NCBI GenBank assembly: GCA_001724265.1
Contig: MEDY01000005.1
Location: 124,001 to 188,000 of the forward strand
Reading direction: 5' to 3'
DNA from: Rhizaria sp. SCN 62-66
Taxonomy: Eukaryota
Length of the DNA: 64,000 nucleotides
A model generated the notes under the pieces. The model had not been told where the DNA came from. It was given only the letters and a program-made list of their open reading frames with translations, and ran no database searches. The translations under genes were made by a program, and so were the position numbers. Positions 37,101 to 48,584 of the stretch are shown here, in pieces; the stretch's first letter is position 1; every line of letters begins with the position of its first letter.

Positions 37101-40069
37101 ATCTCTCGCTCACGGCTCTGCGCTGCATGTGTCTGCTGTTCGAGCGCGGCTTTGCGTTCAACTTCGCCAAGCACCTCGCCTCGTTCCTAGCAGCCGTGCT
37201 GACGTCGTCGCTCGACACGTACCGCGACTTGGTCGCGCGGTCCGTCGTGTTTGTGTTTAAGTCGGACGTGGCAGGCGACGCGACGCTTGAGATTGTGCGC
37301 GCCATCTCGGCCGTGTTCAAAGCGCGCGGCGCGGACCGCATCCGCGCGCCGCTGCTCTCGGTATTGTTATCACTGCCGCTCGACAAGAACGTCATCACCG
37401 CGCGCATCCTGAGCCGCAACGACAAGAAGAAGAACCAGCAGCTGCGCAGCTTCGACGGCAAGCGCGCGCCCGTGGGCAAGGGCGTGCACAACTGGGCGCG
37501 CGACCAGGAGAAGCTCGACGCGCTCGAGACCAAGGCCAAGAAGATGCTCCGTGCGGGCAAGGAGGTCGACTTCAAGAAGATGAAGGCGCAGGCGGGCATT
37601 CGCGACGCCAGCGACGGGCCCGCCAAGGTCGACGTCAAGGCACTGCGCCGCGACATGGAGGAGGCCGACGCAGAGGTGTCGCTGACGCACCGCCGCAAGA
37701 CGCAGACGGCGATCCTCGCGCTCGTCATGACCATCTACTTCAGGTACTTGAAGCAGGCGCCGACGCTCAAGTCGCTCTACAGCAAGAACACGGCCGCCGC
37801 CAATGCCGCCGCCGCGGCCGCGAGCGAGGAGGCCAAGAAGAAGGAGAACAAGGATGAGAACGGCAACAAGGACGGCACCAAGACGACCGACGCTTCCGGC
37901 GCCCCCGTGGCGTCTGCCGCGCCCGCGACGTACGTGGACAAGGACGGCGTGACACGCATGGTGCCGTGGAAGCCGCCCGCGGTGACAGAGCCGCCGTCGC
38001 ACCTGCTACTGGCAGCCGTGCTCAAGGGCGTGTGCCAGTTCGCGTACCTCGTCAATGTGGAGCTCGTGTTAGACCTGCTCGAGCACCTTAAGATCGTCAT
38101 CGGCGCCTCTGCCGTGGCGTCGTCGTTCTCGCCGTCGATGGGCGCGACGGCCGAGGAGGGCGCCAACGCGCTCGCCGCGCTGGTGCCGCGTTCGCTCAAG
38201 GAGCGCCGCCGCATGAAGAAGGAGCAGAAGCAGGCCGCGGCGCGCGAGACCAAGACGCTCAAGCTTCTCTCGGGCAAGAAGACTTCCAAGGACGAGGACG
38301 AGGACGACGAGAAGGAGAAGAACGGCGAGGACGACGACGATGAGGACGGCGACGATGAGGACCAGTACGCGCTGCCGCTGCGCTCCGCACTGCTCTGCAT
38401 CCACACGACCTTCACACTGCTCAAGATGCACTCGAGCGCGCTCACCATCGATCTGCACGCCTTCTACGCGTCCTTCTACGACACGCTGTGGCAGCTCATC
38501 TTCCCGCACGAGTCGCACCACCTGCCGCTGGCGCTTGACTGCTGGGAGCTGATGCTGTGCACCGTGCGCGTCCCGCTGCCGCCCGCGCGCGTCGCCGCGC
38601 TGTGCCGCCGCTTCATGATCGTGGCCTCGCAGCTTAACCCGGCGCTGTCGATTGCGGTGACGCACGCCGTGGGACTGGCCCTGCAGCGCCACCCGCGCGC
38701 GGGCGCGATCCTGCATAACGAGGGCCACAACTCTGGTCAGTACGACCCGCTGATCGGCGACCCCGACGTGTCGCACGCGCTGGCCACGCCCGCGTGGGAC
38801 ATCGCGCTGTGGGCCGGCTCGAGCTTCCACCCGCTGATGCCGCGCTTCATCACGCACGCGCTTGACGTGCCCGCGCACATGTACGCTGTGGCGGCCGCGA
38901 CGGGCACCAACGCGGAGCAGTTCGGCAACCCGGCCTCGGTGTCGGGCCCCGTCGTGCGCACGGGCCCACGCGAGAAGCGCGGACACGCCAGCCTCGAGCT
39001 CAGCGACGACGGCATGCCCGCCTTCGCCACCTCGGGGCTGACCGTGACCGTGGGCGGAGACCGCTGCCCGCTGTCGCGCCTTGCCCCGCGCCACGTGCTG
39101 CGCCTGCTGGACCGCTCCGCGGGTGCGCTCTTCCCCGATATCCCGGCGCCCACGCCCGTGATGCTTGCGCTGTCGGCGCCAGACCACCCGTCGGTGACGC
39201 CCTCGGCGCTCAAGACGGCCATGTCGCGCGCCTCGACGGCTCGCCGCGCCGCGTTGCTGACGCGCTTTGCGCCCGCGCGCCTGGTGCCCGCCGCCTACGC
39301 CGCCGCGGTCGACCGGCTCGAGGAGGCCGGCGGCGTCAAGACCTTCCCTAAGGGTTTCAGCGTCGAGAACCTCTTCCGCGATCCCTTCGCCGTGAGTAAC
39401 AGCAACAGCAACAACAAGAAGGGCAACAAGCAGCAGCAGCAGCAGCAGCAGAAGAGTGCCAAGAACGCCAAAAACGCGGGCACGGAGGCCCCCGTCGAGC
39501 ACCAGAGCAAGAAGGCGCGCCGTGCGAGCGCCCTGGCCGCAGCGGCCTCCGCGGCCGCTGCGAACGACGTGGTGCTGGGCGGCGACAGTGTGGCCGCGTG
39601 GGTGAGCACGCCGCTGCGGTGGGGCGGGCCCGCGGGCGTGGCGGCGGCGCGGGACCGCAAGCGGCGTCTCGACAACGCGGAGTTCGCGGTGCTTGCGGGT
39701 CGCGTGCGCGACGCGCGCGGGCTCACGGGCAAGCCGCTGACCGCGACGGCGACGACCAACGCGAACGCTGTCGCGAAGGATAACGGTGCGAAAAGTGGCG
39801 CGAATGCGATGACCGACGGCACTGCTGACGACGTGTACTTCGGTGACAGCGACGGTGAGCTTGATTTTGAGGGCGATGAGGGCGACGAAGGGGAGGAGTT
39901 TGAGTTTGAGCTCAATGAGGACGACGAGGACGCTGAGGCCGAAGATGAGGATGAGGACGATGACGAGGATGACGACGAGGCTGAGGCTCGGGCTCAAGCT
40001 GAGGCTGCAGCGGCTGCTGCTGCGGCTGCCAAGGCAAAGGACAAGAAGACTACTGCCGGCAAGCGTTGA
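34138..40069 (+). CDS. NOC3: Nucleolar complex-associated protein 3 (NOC3/CBF-Mak21 family), ~1926 aa (exons 34138-36528, 36680-40069)
   Basis: LAMTSLTQVLIDVIPGYRIK, FEKSLVTTY, FNF, FKSDVAGDATLEIVR, IYFRYLK, AVLKGVCQFAYLVNVE, TIDLHAFY, RVAALCRR, YDP...DP...ALA. GTACGC...TAG intron. Stop TGA. Confidence 0.9.
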
Positions 40070-40936
40070 AATTGTCGCCGTCGCTGTTTTGGTTAATCTC
40101 CCTTGATACGTAATAACTCGGAGCTATACTTGCCAGAATAACTCTGCACACATGAGCGCACTGTGGCCACTTGTTTCTTTAGTACACAAATCAAACCACT
40201 TTTATTAACACAAATTCGAATAACAATACAATTAACACTATATGTAGTAAGCTCAACAGCGTATTTATCTTTGAACGTGCCACCAATTTGGGACGGCCTA
40301 ACTTCAAAAAACGTACCCACCCTCTCTCCTCGAACTCCGCCAAGGTATCTTGCAGAATACACGCAGAGTGTTGTGTAATGATCTCACATGTTCTATGTTT
40401 GTTAGAATATAACTGTATGTTTTGTACTTGATCCTTTTTCTTCTGATATCTCACCATCCTGTTATTCCTGTTCTATTTCTTTCCTCCGCTCCCGCAGGTT
40501 CGCACACCCGTTCTCGACTTTTCTCGTTCTCTTGTTCACTGATTGAAGCCATAGTCGAAAAATATATTGCGCTCATGCTCCGCTTTGCTCGTATTATGAC
40601 ATCTCACTTGCTTGCGCCGCACATTCTTGCATCCACTCGAACTATCTTGAGTAGTAGGAAAGTTTCTGGGCTCTCTGTCTGCCCTTGAGACCACTACTCT
40701 CCACTTCCTCCACTCTTGGCAGCGGCATTTCGCGCATTCTGGACGCCCGCTCTTCCAGTAAAAGCTCGAATCTCGGTCGCAGTCGCCGCAATCTCAACCT
40801 TAACGACAACACAATTCTAAGCGTCAATCTCTCTTCTGCCTTGGCCTCTGACTCTAATAGCTGCTGGAGCAAGAGTAAAACAGCAGCAACAACAAGCCAC
40901 TTCCCATCTTTGCCTCTGCTGTTGCACTCTTTATCC

Positions 40937-43900
40937 ATGCGCCCTACTGCGTCGCCTACCCGCCTGCTTGGTCAGAACGTTGCGCCTGTTGGCACTCATG
41001 TGCGTGCCTCCAGTACAGCAACTACGTCAGGGTCCGTCCCTCGTGTGCCTCATGAAACTTTTTTCGCGGCCAATCTTGAGTCTACAAATGCGCCTCCGCC
41101 GTCGATCCTTTCTGACGCCTTTGTCAAGAACTTCTGGAAAGACTCAGAGTCCCTCTCTGCCTTCATCACGGCGCACCGATCACGCGAAGACGACATCATT
41201 GCCGCTCTTTTGCAGCGTCCGCTGACCATGAGCGACAGCGACGCCATCAGCAGGCTACACGAGACAACCCCCTTGCGTGATATCGAGATCCGCACTGGAC
41301 TGTTGTGCCCTCCAGCACACGGCCCTCTGCCGCTTGCCGCCGCTATTATGTGCAATTTACCACGGCTAGTTGGTGCTTTGGTCCGCGCCGGCGCGTCCCC
41401 TCACGCGTACTCGTGCGACGGCAACGCGCTGCATCACGCTGCCGCGCGCAACAACGTCGCTTGCGCCAAGGAAATCTTCTCCAGCACACCGCGTTCCGAA
41501 TGGGCAAAGTTACTTAACGCGGGTCTACGCACGGATACCATTAGCGATATGCGCAATAACTTTGAGCATACTTCCCCGTATCTTGCATTGGACCGTCACA
41601 TGATCCTCGCGCGGCCGCTTGAGGTTGCGCTTGACGCGGGCCACCTCGAGATAACACAGTTTCTGCTCAGCGACGAGATTATGTACTATAACAGCGATGA
41701 TGATGCCGCTGGAGAAGTTCCTTCGATGAGCACTGCGTGCCGCGAGCACACTGTGACGGGTGTCTGTGATGTTTCACAACAAAAATTATTCGATACTTTT
41801 GCGCCTCAGAGGAACTATTTGGGCACATTTCCTGGTCCTGATACTGTCGAAATAGCTCGGCTTGCGTTCAGTAATGCTAACAAGGCCGTAACTACAGCAA
41901 AGAGTTCCGCAGATGCCGCAGCAGCCGCTCTAGTTGCTGCACGCAAAGCTAACCTGGATGTTGATGCAGCCATTGCACGCGCAGCAGCCGCAGCTGATAA
42001 CGCATACATGGCAAAAAAAGAAGCAAAGAAATGTGGCGATTTGTTTGTTGCCGCCAACAATAAGGCTTGTAATCGTGGTAAATCGCTAAACTACCGTTGG
42101 TCGTCGAAATGGGAGGGTGATGCCGACTTAATACGATACAATAATGAGATGCAGCAATGGCAACAGCAACAGCAGCGACATGAATCTTCCAGAAATCTGG
42201 ACAGCGACAGTAATGCAGATACGCTGCTGCAGCGACCGCATCCGTACAAGCTACGGCAATGGCGTATGTTATGGTGGCAGGCCGAGTCAGGAACAGAGTT
42301 TGACGCTAAAAGGTTCAGGTTCATTGCTAACCCAGTTCACGCTGCTGCCTCTGGTGGTAGTAAGGCATGCTTTGAAGCTTTGTTGTTGACACGCGCCCGG
42401 CTTGTGTCCGAAAATATCACGACAGTCAAGCAGGCTAAAGGTGTATTCGACGAAAAACAATTTTGCGACCCAGGGATCACCCTTTCGTTCGAGCTTGAGC
42501 GTGGGTATCTCCGCTGTGCGCTATTTGGACGAAATCCTGCGTTTGCCTACGATCTCCTTGTTTACAAGAATTATAACTTAGCTTGCTTTTACAGTCTATC
42601 ACCACTTCTCAAAAACACTGATTTTCAAGATCCTGAAATGGATTACGCTGAGTGCGATGAGTATGCGGAGCTCGCTCCCGAAGATTGGTGTCCTAAGGTC
42701 TTCGTGTTTGAGAAGAAACTTTGCGACTACTATCTTCAGTGCTCACGTTTCGGCCTCCGCAATGGCAAGTGGAATGGACAAGGGCTGCCGGATACCATTG
42801 CGTTTTAGAACTATATTGACTGTACCCAAAGGAAACATCCCAGGCGGATTGTAACTCGTGTAAAAACCTCAATAGTTGCATATCAGGCTATCTCCATGCT
42901 GCTGCAGTTGTCGCCCACGAACTCATCTATCTATAGTGACAGGCCGGTCAAGTTGTTCAGTCTTACACTTGGCGCGCGGAGGCCAGCCACGCTACCGGGC
43001 ACACGCGGCGAGCGTGATAACGAGGAGCACTTATGGGCTGTAATGAGTCAGTTCTGTGGCGAGAAACCTGACGGAGAAAAATTGGAGCAGAATATCGACG
43101 CAATTGTGCAACGCAGCAAAAAATGGGATACTGACATTGACACATGGAATGACAGCCCTGTCAGTCGGGGAAGTAGAAAGAACAACAAGAACATCACCTT
43201 AGCTTCCTAGGACTCTCGGATTAACGCTCATCTTGGCTTGCTGCCAAAAAACGATGCCGCTTTGCTTGCTTGTTGGCTCGCTGATTCGCTGACAGTAAAT
43301 GCCCATAATAGCATCTCTGAACGCGTAGAGTACATGCTTGCCATGGCGTGTCGCCAACGTGTTGGCGGCGCGCAACCCTCTGTCTCAGAGAGGTATCTTT
43401 GCGCAAAGAACAGCAACGCTCTGCTGTTTCCTGACATTGTCGCACTTACGTTGCTAATGTTGGATCTTGCCTCTCTTACTATTACTGACTTCAAGGCGCG
43501 CTTTAAGACTTGTGGCAATGACGATTCACCGGACTTTGCCCACAATGCAAACTCTGGTCATACTTCTGACACCACTATTGCGTCTCCGATGTTAATCAGC
43601 GCTAACACAAGCGGATTCCTGCGCACGCTTACGCTCTTTGGAAACAAAGTTGCTTCGCCCGACAAATCACAACTTGACTTGACCAACATTTGTAACAGCC
43701 CTTCAGATACCGCATCAGAGCGGCTGCGCGTCATCCGCGACAACATTTCTTTGGCGCTCATGAACACTGATAATCAGCAACTTGACTTTTACCGGCGATA
43801 CTCCAGTGCCGTGCACCGCTTAGACGTGACATCAGCAAATCTTGCAAGGGATCATTCGTACAGTGGCGCGACATTTCTGCGGGGTGTTATGAAAAGCGAT

Positions 43901-44305
43901 TTTAAGTACGGCGCTCTTACATTAGATGTTGAGATGATGAAAGCTTTTGTCTCCACTTTTCCGCCAAAACATATGATTGCGCTTGTGAACACTCTCAAGC
44001 CGTCACTTAATGATGACTTTGAACTCAAAAATGATGACACGGCCTTGAGCCAAATCAGCAATAATAGTGGCTGTGACAACGCAACTTCTGGTGATGACAT
44101 TGAGAGTGGTCAAGAGACAGGCAGTGATAATGACTATGTCCCTACAAATTCAACGCTTCCAGGCTACGACGGTTTACTAAAAATCGAAGCTGATCATGAT
44201 GATGAAAGCGACCATGAGTGCCATTATTGCGTCAACAACAGCTCTTGGCTTGATATGACCGTGGGCAGCACCAACAGCATTGCAGAGTTTCTTACGCCTT
44301 ATATC

Positions 44306-44394
<89 letters not shown>

Positions 44395-44440
44395 CGGCTC
44401 AGATCTCTCAACGCAGCATCCGAGACAATGCCGGTACTGA
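40937..44440 (+). CDS. Ankyrin-repeat-containing protein, intronless, ~1167 aa with two in-frame TAG codons; possible mitochondrial presequence
   Basis: ORF-track pieces 40685-42808, 42896-43210 and 43238-44440 share one frame and are separated only by TAG (42806, 43208). Ankyrin-like repeats LPLAAAIMCNLPRLVGALVRAGASP, GNALHHAAARNNVACAKEI, RPLEVALDAGHLEITQFLL, NPVHAAASGGSKACFEALL. First in-frame ATG 40937 gives an R/S/T-rich, acid-free N-terminus. Confidence 0.75.
44306..44395 (+). repeat. Perfect (AAC)30 microsatellite encoding poly-Asn
   Basis: Direct reading of 90 nt. Confidence 0.97.
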
Positions 44441-44843
44441 AGCTAACACTGGTATGGCTGTGCCAACTAAGAAGCACGGTCTGCTTGTAAATGCACTTCG
44501 GCGGCCGCATTCGACAGCGCGGGAATGGAACACCCCACAGGCAATGCGAGAGCGGTTTCAAACAATCAAAACCTTGTTTGAAGATTTAGAGAGTTCTTCT
44601 GTCAATAAAAGTGAATGAGATCATGTCACATCGACGAAGAGAAGGTGAGGGGTCAAATGGAGTTGGATTTTATCGCTAGTTTATCTTTGTCATGAATTGG
44701 GTTTCTGAAATGGAATTATACGTCAAAAAATGTATTCAAATAAAGGTGAAATCATACTAAGTAAACAACCACATCCGAAAACAACAACTGTTTGACAAAT
44801 CAATGACTCTAAGAACATTAAATAAAACCATGTTTGAGTGCGC

Positions 44844-47800
44844 TTACGCGAGCGAGCGCACAACCTTTTTGATCTGCGGCAGCTCGTTCTTGCGCTCCAC
44901 GGTATACTTATCGTGCAACAAGTACGCCTCCACGTCGCAGCTTCCCCCCTTGCTCTTACTCGCGCCGGTGCCGTTATTGCTGCTGTGGGGCGCTGCGGCC
45001 AGCACAAGCCACTGCGGCGCGCCGGCGCCCGCGCCAGCCGCGGCCACGCACACGCCCGCGGGCCGCACGGCCCTCGCCAGCGCGTCCGCACCGGAGTCCC
45101 CGCCGGCCGCCGTGGCCGTCGCCGCGGGCTGCGCGGTGTCGAGCATGAGCTTGGGCGCGCCGGTGCCGGTGGCCCAGTCCCACAGCGTGGCGACGCCGTC
45201 CGCGGCGACGGCCAGCAGCGACGCCGGCCGCAGCGGCAGCCACAGCAGTGCCGTCACCGCGGCGGCGCCGACAACCGCAGTCGAGCCGGAGCGACTCGCA
45301 GTGCCACCGTGGGCGGCGGCGGGGGGCCAGTACTTGATCAGGCTCGCCCCAGCACTCGCACTGCTGCTGCTGCTGCTGCTCAAGCTCGCAGCGGTATGAG
45401 CGGCGGCGCGGCGGCAGAAGAGCGCGAGCCCGCCGCCGCGGTAGCCGACGGCGACGAGGTCGGGCCAGTGCGGCGACACGGCCACCGCGGTCGCGTCGGC
45501 GTCCAGATCCAACGCGAACTCGCTCGCGCTCAGACTGCTCTTCTGGATATGACTGCCGGTGCTCTTGCTGGATCTGCTGCTGCTAGAGAGCATACTCGCA
45601 GAAGTGAAGTCGTCGTCGTCGTCGAGACCGCCGCCGTTCCCATCCAAGTTGGGGTTGCAGTCCAGACCGAGCCCGAGCCCGAGCCCGAGGTCCAGACCCA
45701 GACCCAGGTCGGAGTCCAGCAGCGACGCCGAGCCCGACTGCGGCAGCAGCAGCGGGGGCGCGGCCGAGATCGCGGCCTCGCTCACACACGCGCCGCCGTT
45801 CGCGCTCGTGTTAGCGGTGGCGGTGGCGTTGGCGTTGTGCGCGGCGGTGAGCGAACGCGAGAGGACGCCGCGTGCGCCCGCGGCCACGAGCGGCTGCAGC
45901 GTCGCAGCGCCGTGCCGCGACTGCAGCTGCAGTGATAAGGCTGCCGCGCCGCCGCCGACGCTGCCGCCGCCGACGCACACACCGCCGCAGGAAGCGCTCG
46001 CGCCAGCGCCAGCGCCGTCGTTGTCGTCGGCAGCGGAAGTGGCTTTGGAGCCCGCGTCTGGCAGCACGCTGGTGTGGACGAGGTAGACCGTGCCGTCGAC
46101 GGACAGGCCCGCGGGCCGCACAGGGACGACGACCTCGCCCGCGCCACTGCCCGCACCGGCAGCGGCGGTCGCGGTGGCGGCGGCGGCGGTGCTCTGGGAG
46201 ACCTCGCCGAAGGTCCAGAGGCACATGGTGCCGCACTCGTCCACGCTGACGACCTGCAGCCCACTCAGGCCGGCACCGCCAGCGCCACTGCTGCTGCTGC
46301 TGTTCTGAGAGCTGCTGTTGGCGCCGCTGGAGAGTGTGGCGGGCGACTCGCGCAGAGGGTCCGCGAGCGAGAGCCCCGGCGCGGCCGGCAGCCGCAGCGC
46401 CGACAGCGCCGTCACGGGCGCGGTGTGCGGCATCGGCGCCAACGCGAACTGCAACGCAGATCGGGCCGCCCTGCCGCCGCCGGCAGCGCCCTTGGCGGCT
46501 GCCCTGTGATTGACGGCGACGACGCCGGCGGCGCTGGCGTCGGAGGCGAAGCACGGCATGCGGATGCGGACAACCTTGGCGTCCTGCTGGCCCTGCTTTG
46601 CCTTGCCCTTGAGCTCCAGCCCCGGCAGCGCGCGCGCGTCCCAGAGCACGACGGCGCCCTCCGCTGAGCCGGCGAGCAGGAGATGCGGCGCGCCTGGTAC
46701 CGCAGCGACGGCCGTCACGTCGTGCGGGCACGCGAAGAGCAGCGCGGGGAACGCGGGCGCGGAAAAGTCCCACAGCGCAACCAGCGACTTGGCGCGCAGC
46801 GGGTTATTGTTCCCACCTGCACTCGCAGCTGCGGCCTCAACGGCCTTGTTGGCGTTGGCGCCGGCGCCGAAGAGCTGCTGCTGCGCGGCCGAGTGCGGGC
46901 GCGAGTATGCCACAGCGAGCGCGGTCGCGCCGGTCGCGGGCATCTGTGCCGCGCACGCCGCCACAGCGCTGCGGCCCGCGCCCAGCGCCGCGGGCAGCGA
47001 GAATAGCAGCCGCGCGCGCGCCAGCGCAGCCAGCGACGGCAGCGTGCCGTACGCCTCCGCGTCCGAGTCGGCAGCAGAAGCTAAGCCGCCGCTGCCGCTG
47101 GGGCCGGCAGCGAGGTCGGGGCGGGGGAGCGGGGGCGGGCCCAAGGCCGCGGCGGGTGCAAGCAGCGCAAACACGGACGCGGGCAGCGACGCGTAGGGCA
47201 GCGTCTGCGCGCTCAGCTGGGTCTGCGCTTGCGACTGGCCCGCCACCACTGCGCCCGCATTCGCGCTATCACCGCCAAGAGCGGCACTGCCGCTGCCGCT
47301 GGCGCCGGCGGCCGAGTCGAGCGCGGCGGCGGCGGAGTTGGCGTCGAGCTGCGTCTGCACCAGCGGCGCCGCGCGCGCGACGAACCGCGCCAGCCGTGCG
47401 GCTGACGCCAGCGCGCGCGCGAGACCGGCGTCCGAGCCTGGGGCCGGGCCCTGCGACGCGGCTGCCACGGCGGCCGCGGCCACGGCGGCGGCAAGCGCGG
47501 CGCTGCTCTCCGCGCCGCCACCAGACTGCTTGCTGCTGCTGGTACTCAGGGACAACGCGGCGAACGCGTCGCTGCCGCCGTCGCCGTTGTCTGGGAAATC
47601 GGGGCCGACAGCGATCGAGTCGCAGTGCACGTGCTCAGTCTGGGAGCCCGCCTCCGTGCCCGCCGTCTGCGTCCCCACGGACCGCGCGTGGCCGCCACGC
47701 GCGCCGCCCTGCTGTGGCGCCAGCGCGAGCAGCGTGCGGTGCGGCTCCAGTGTCAGCCGCGGGCGCGCGCGCGGGGGCAGGCTCGCGAGGCTGGGGCGGG

Positions 47801-48221
47801 CGTCGTAGCTGCGCAGGTAGACCGAGTGTGCGGGGTCGCTGCCCTGACCCGCGGGGGAGTAGAAAGACACCAGCGTAGACACTGGCGCAGGGGCTGCGGG
47901 AGAGCGAGAGGAGACGGCGGGCTGCGGCGACGAGAAGACAGGGGAAGCAGCGGCAGGAGCAGAGGCGAGAGAGGTCGGGTTGAAGGGAGTCGGCATCTGT
48001 TGTTGCTGCTGCTGTTGCTGTAACTGCATCTGCTGTTGTTGCTGCTGGTACTGCTGATAGGAGACAGGCGCTGGTGCTGGCGCAGCCACTGGCTTCACTG
48101 CAGCAGTAGGGACGGCGGCAGAAGCCGGCGTGCTCTGCGGCTTGGCAGCGGCGTCTGTGTTGGTCTCTGCTGTGTCGAAATCATCGTCATAGAACTCCTC
48201 TTCGTACTCGTCGTCCGACAT
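44844..48221 (-). CDS. WDR60: Cytoplasmic dynein-2 intermediate chain WDR60/FAP163-like WD40 protein (1125 aa)
   Basis: N-terminal YEEEFYDDDFD; LC8-type VGTQT and GSQTE; LARFVARAA; ALWDFSAPAFP...LLLAGSAEGAVVLWDAR...RMPCFASD...VNHR; further WD repeats. Stop TAA. Probable 5'UTR intron 48415-48230 (GTACGT...CAG). Confidence 0.78.
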   Translation of the reverse strand: MSDDEYEEEFYDDDFDTAETNTDAAAKPQSTPASAAVPTAAVKPVAAPAPAPVSYQQYQQQQQQMQLQQQQQQQQMPTPFNPTSLASAPAAASPVFSSPQPAVSSRSPAAPAPVSTLVSFYSPAGQGSDPAHSVYLRSYDARPSLASLPPRARPRLTLEPHRTLLALAPQQGGARGGHARSVGTQTAGTEAGSQTEHVHCDSIAVGPDFPDNGDGGSDAFAALSLSTSSSKQSGGGAESSAALAAAVAAAAVAAASQGPAPGSDAGLARALASAARLARFVARAAPLVQTQLDANSAAAALDSAAGASGSGSAALGGDSANAGAVVAGQSQAQTQLSAQTLPYASLPASVFALLAPAAALGPPPLPRPDLAAGPSGSGGLASAADSDAEAYGTLPSLAALARARLLFSLPAALGAGRSAVAACAAQMPATGATALAVAYSRPHSAAQQQLFGAGANANKAVEAAAASAGGNNNPLRAKSLVALWDFSAPAFPALLFACPHDVTAVAAVPGAPHLLLAGSAEGAVVLWDARALPGLELKGKAKQGQQDAKVVRIRMPCFASDASAAGVVAVNHRAAAKGAAGGGRAARSALQFALAPMPHTAPVTALSALRLPAAPGLSLADPLRESPATLSSGANSSSQNSSSSSGAGGAGLSGLQVVSVDECGTMCLWTFGEVSQSTAAAATATAAAGAGSGAGEVVVPVRPAGLSVDGTVYLVHTSVLPDAGSKATSAADDNDGAGAGASASCGGVCVGGGSVGGGAAALSLQLQSRHGAATLQPLVAAGARGVLSRSLTAAHNANATATANTSANGGACVSEAAISAAPPLLLPQSGSASLLDSDLGLGLDLGLGLGLGLDCNPNLDGNGGGLDDDDDFTSASMLSSSSRSSKSTGSHIQKSSLSASEFALDLDADATAVAVSPHWPDLVAVGYRGGGLALFCRRAAAHTAASLSSSSSSSASAGASLIKYWPPAAAHGGTASRSGSTAVVGAAAVTALLWLPLRPASLLAVAADGVATLWDWATGTGAPKLMLDTAQPAATATAAGGDSGADALARAVRPAGVCVAAAGAGAGAPQWLVLAAAPHSSNNGTGASKSKGGSCDVEAYLLHDKYTVERKNELPQIKKVVRSLA

Positions 48222-48584
48222 GAGCTTTGCTGAACAAAAGGTAAAATCAATGGAAAATTTAGGTTAGCATAAAATAACAATGAAAGACCGATGATACACA
48301 TCACATTTCAAATCTTCATTCAAGCGGCCACGATCAGGACCAGGCAGCCGACAGGAAGAAAAGTGAACTGCACAAAGACGACCCATAAGTTACTGAGGCT
48401 TCTCGATAAACGTACGTTCGTTCGTAAGTTGGCGAAGTAGAAATATAACATGAATGATAAATCTCTATTTCTTTCAAATGATCCTATCAAAAAGGCCCTC
48501 GCTTCTCGAAACATATGATAATAACACATACTAGTAAGTACACACTCTTCTCAGTTACAGAACTTATCGCGTCGGTCGGTCGAC

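Noticed and set aside
40575-40688. Upstream ATG ORF (MLRFARIMTSHLL...) as the ankyrin gene start
   Set aside because: It is in a different frame and ends in TGA at 40686. It would need a frameshift or an intron that I cannot support.
14772-43210. Pseudogenisation or random sequencing error as the cause of the internal stops
   Set aside because: All seven are TAG, with no TAA, TGA or frameshift in the affected frames, and PP4R3 domains and splice sites are intact. Disfavoured, but needs read-level confirmation.
14772-43210. Programmed readthrough, pyrrolysine or A-to-I editing (UAG to Trp)
   Set aside because: No shared downstream motif or obvious stem-loop, multiple TAGs per gene, and mostly polar disordered contexts unsuited to Trp. 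Pyrrolysine machinery is not known in eukaryotes.
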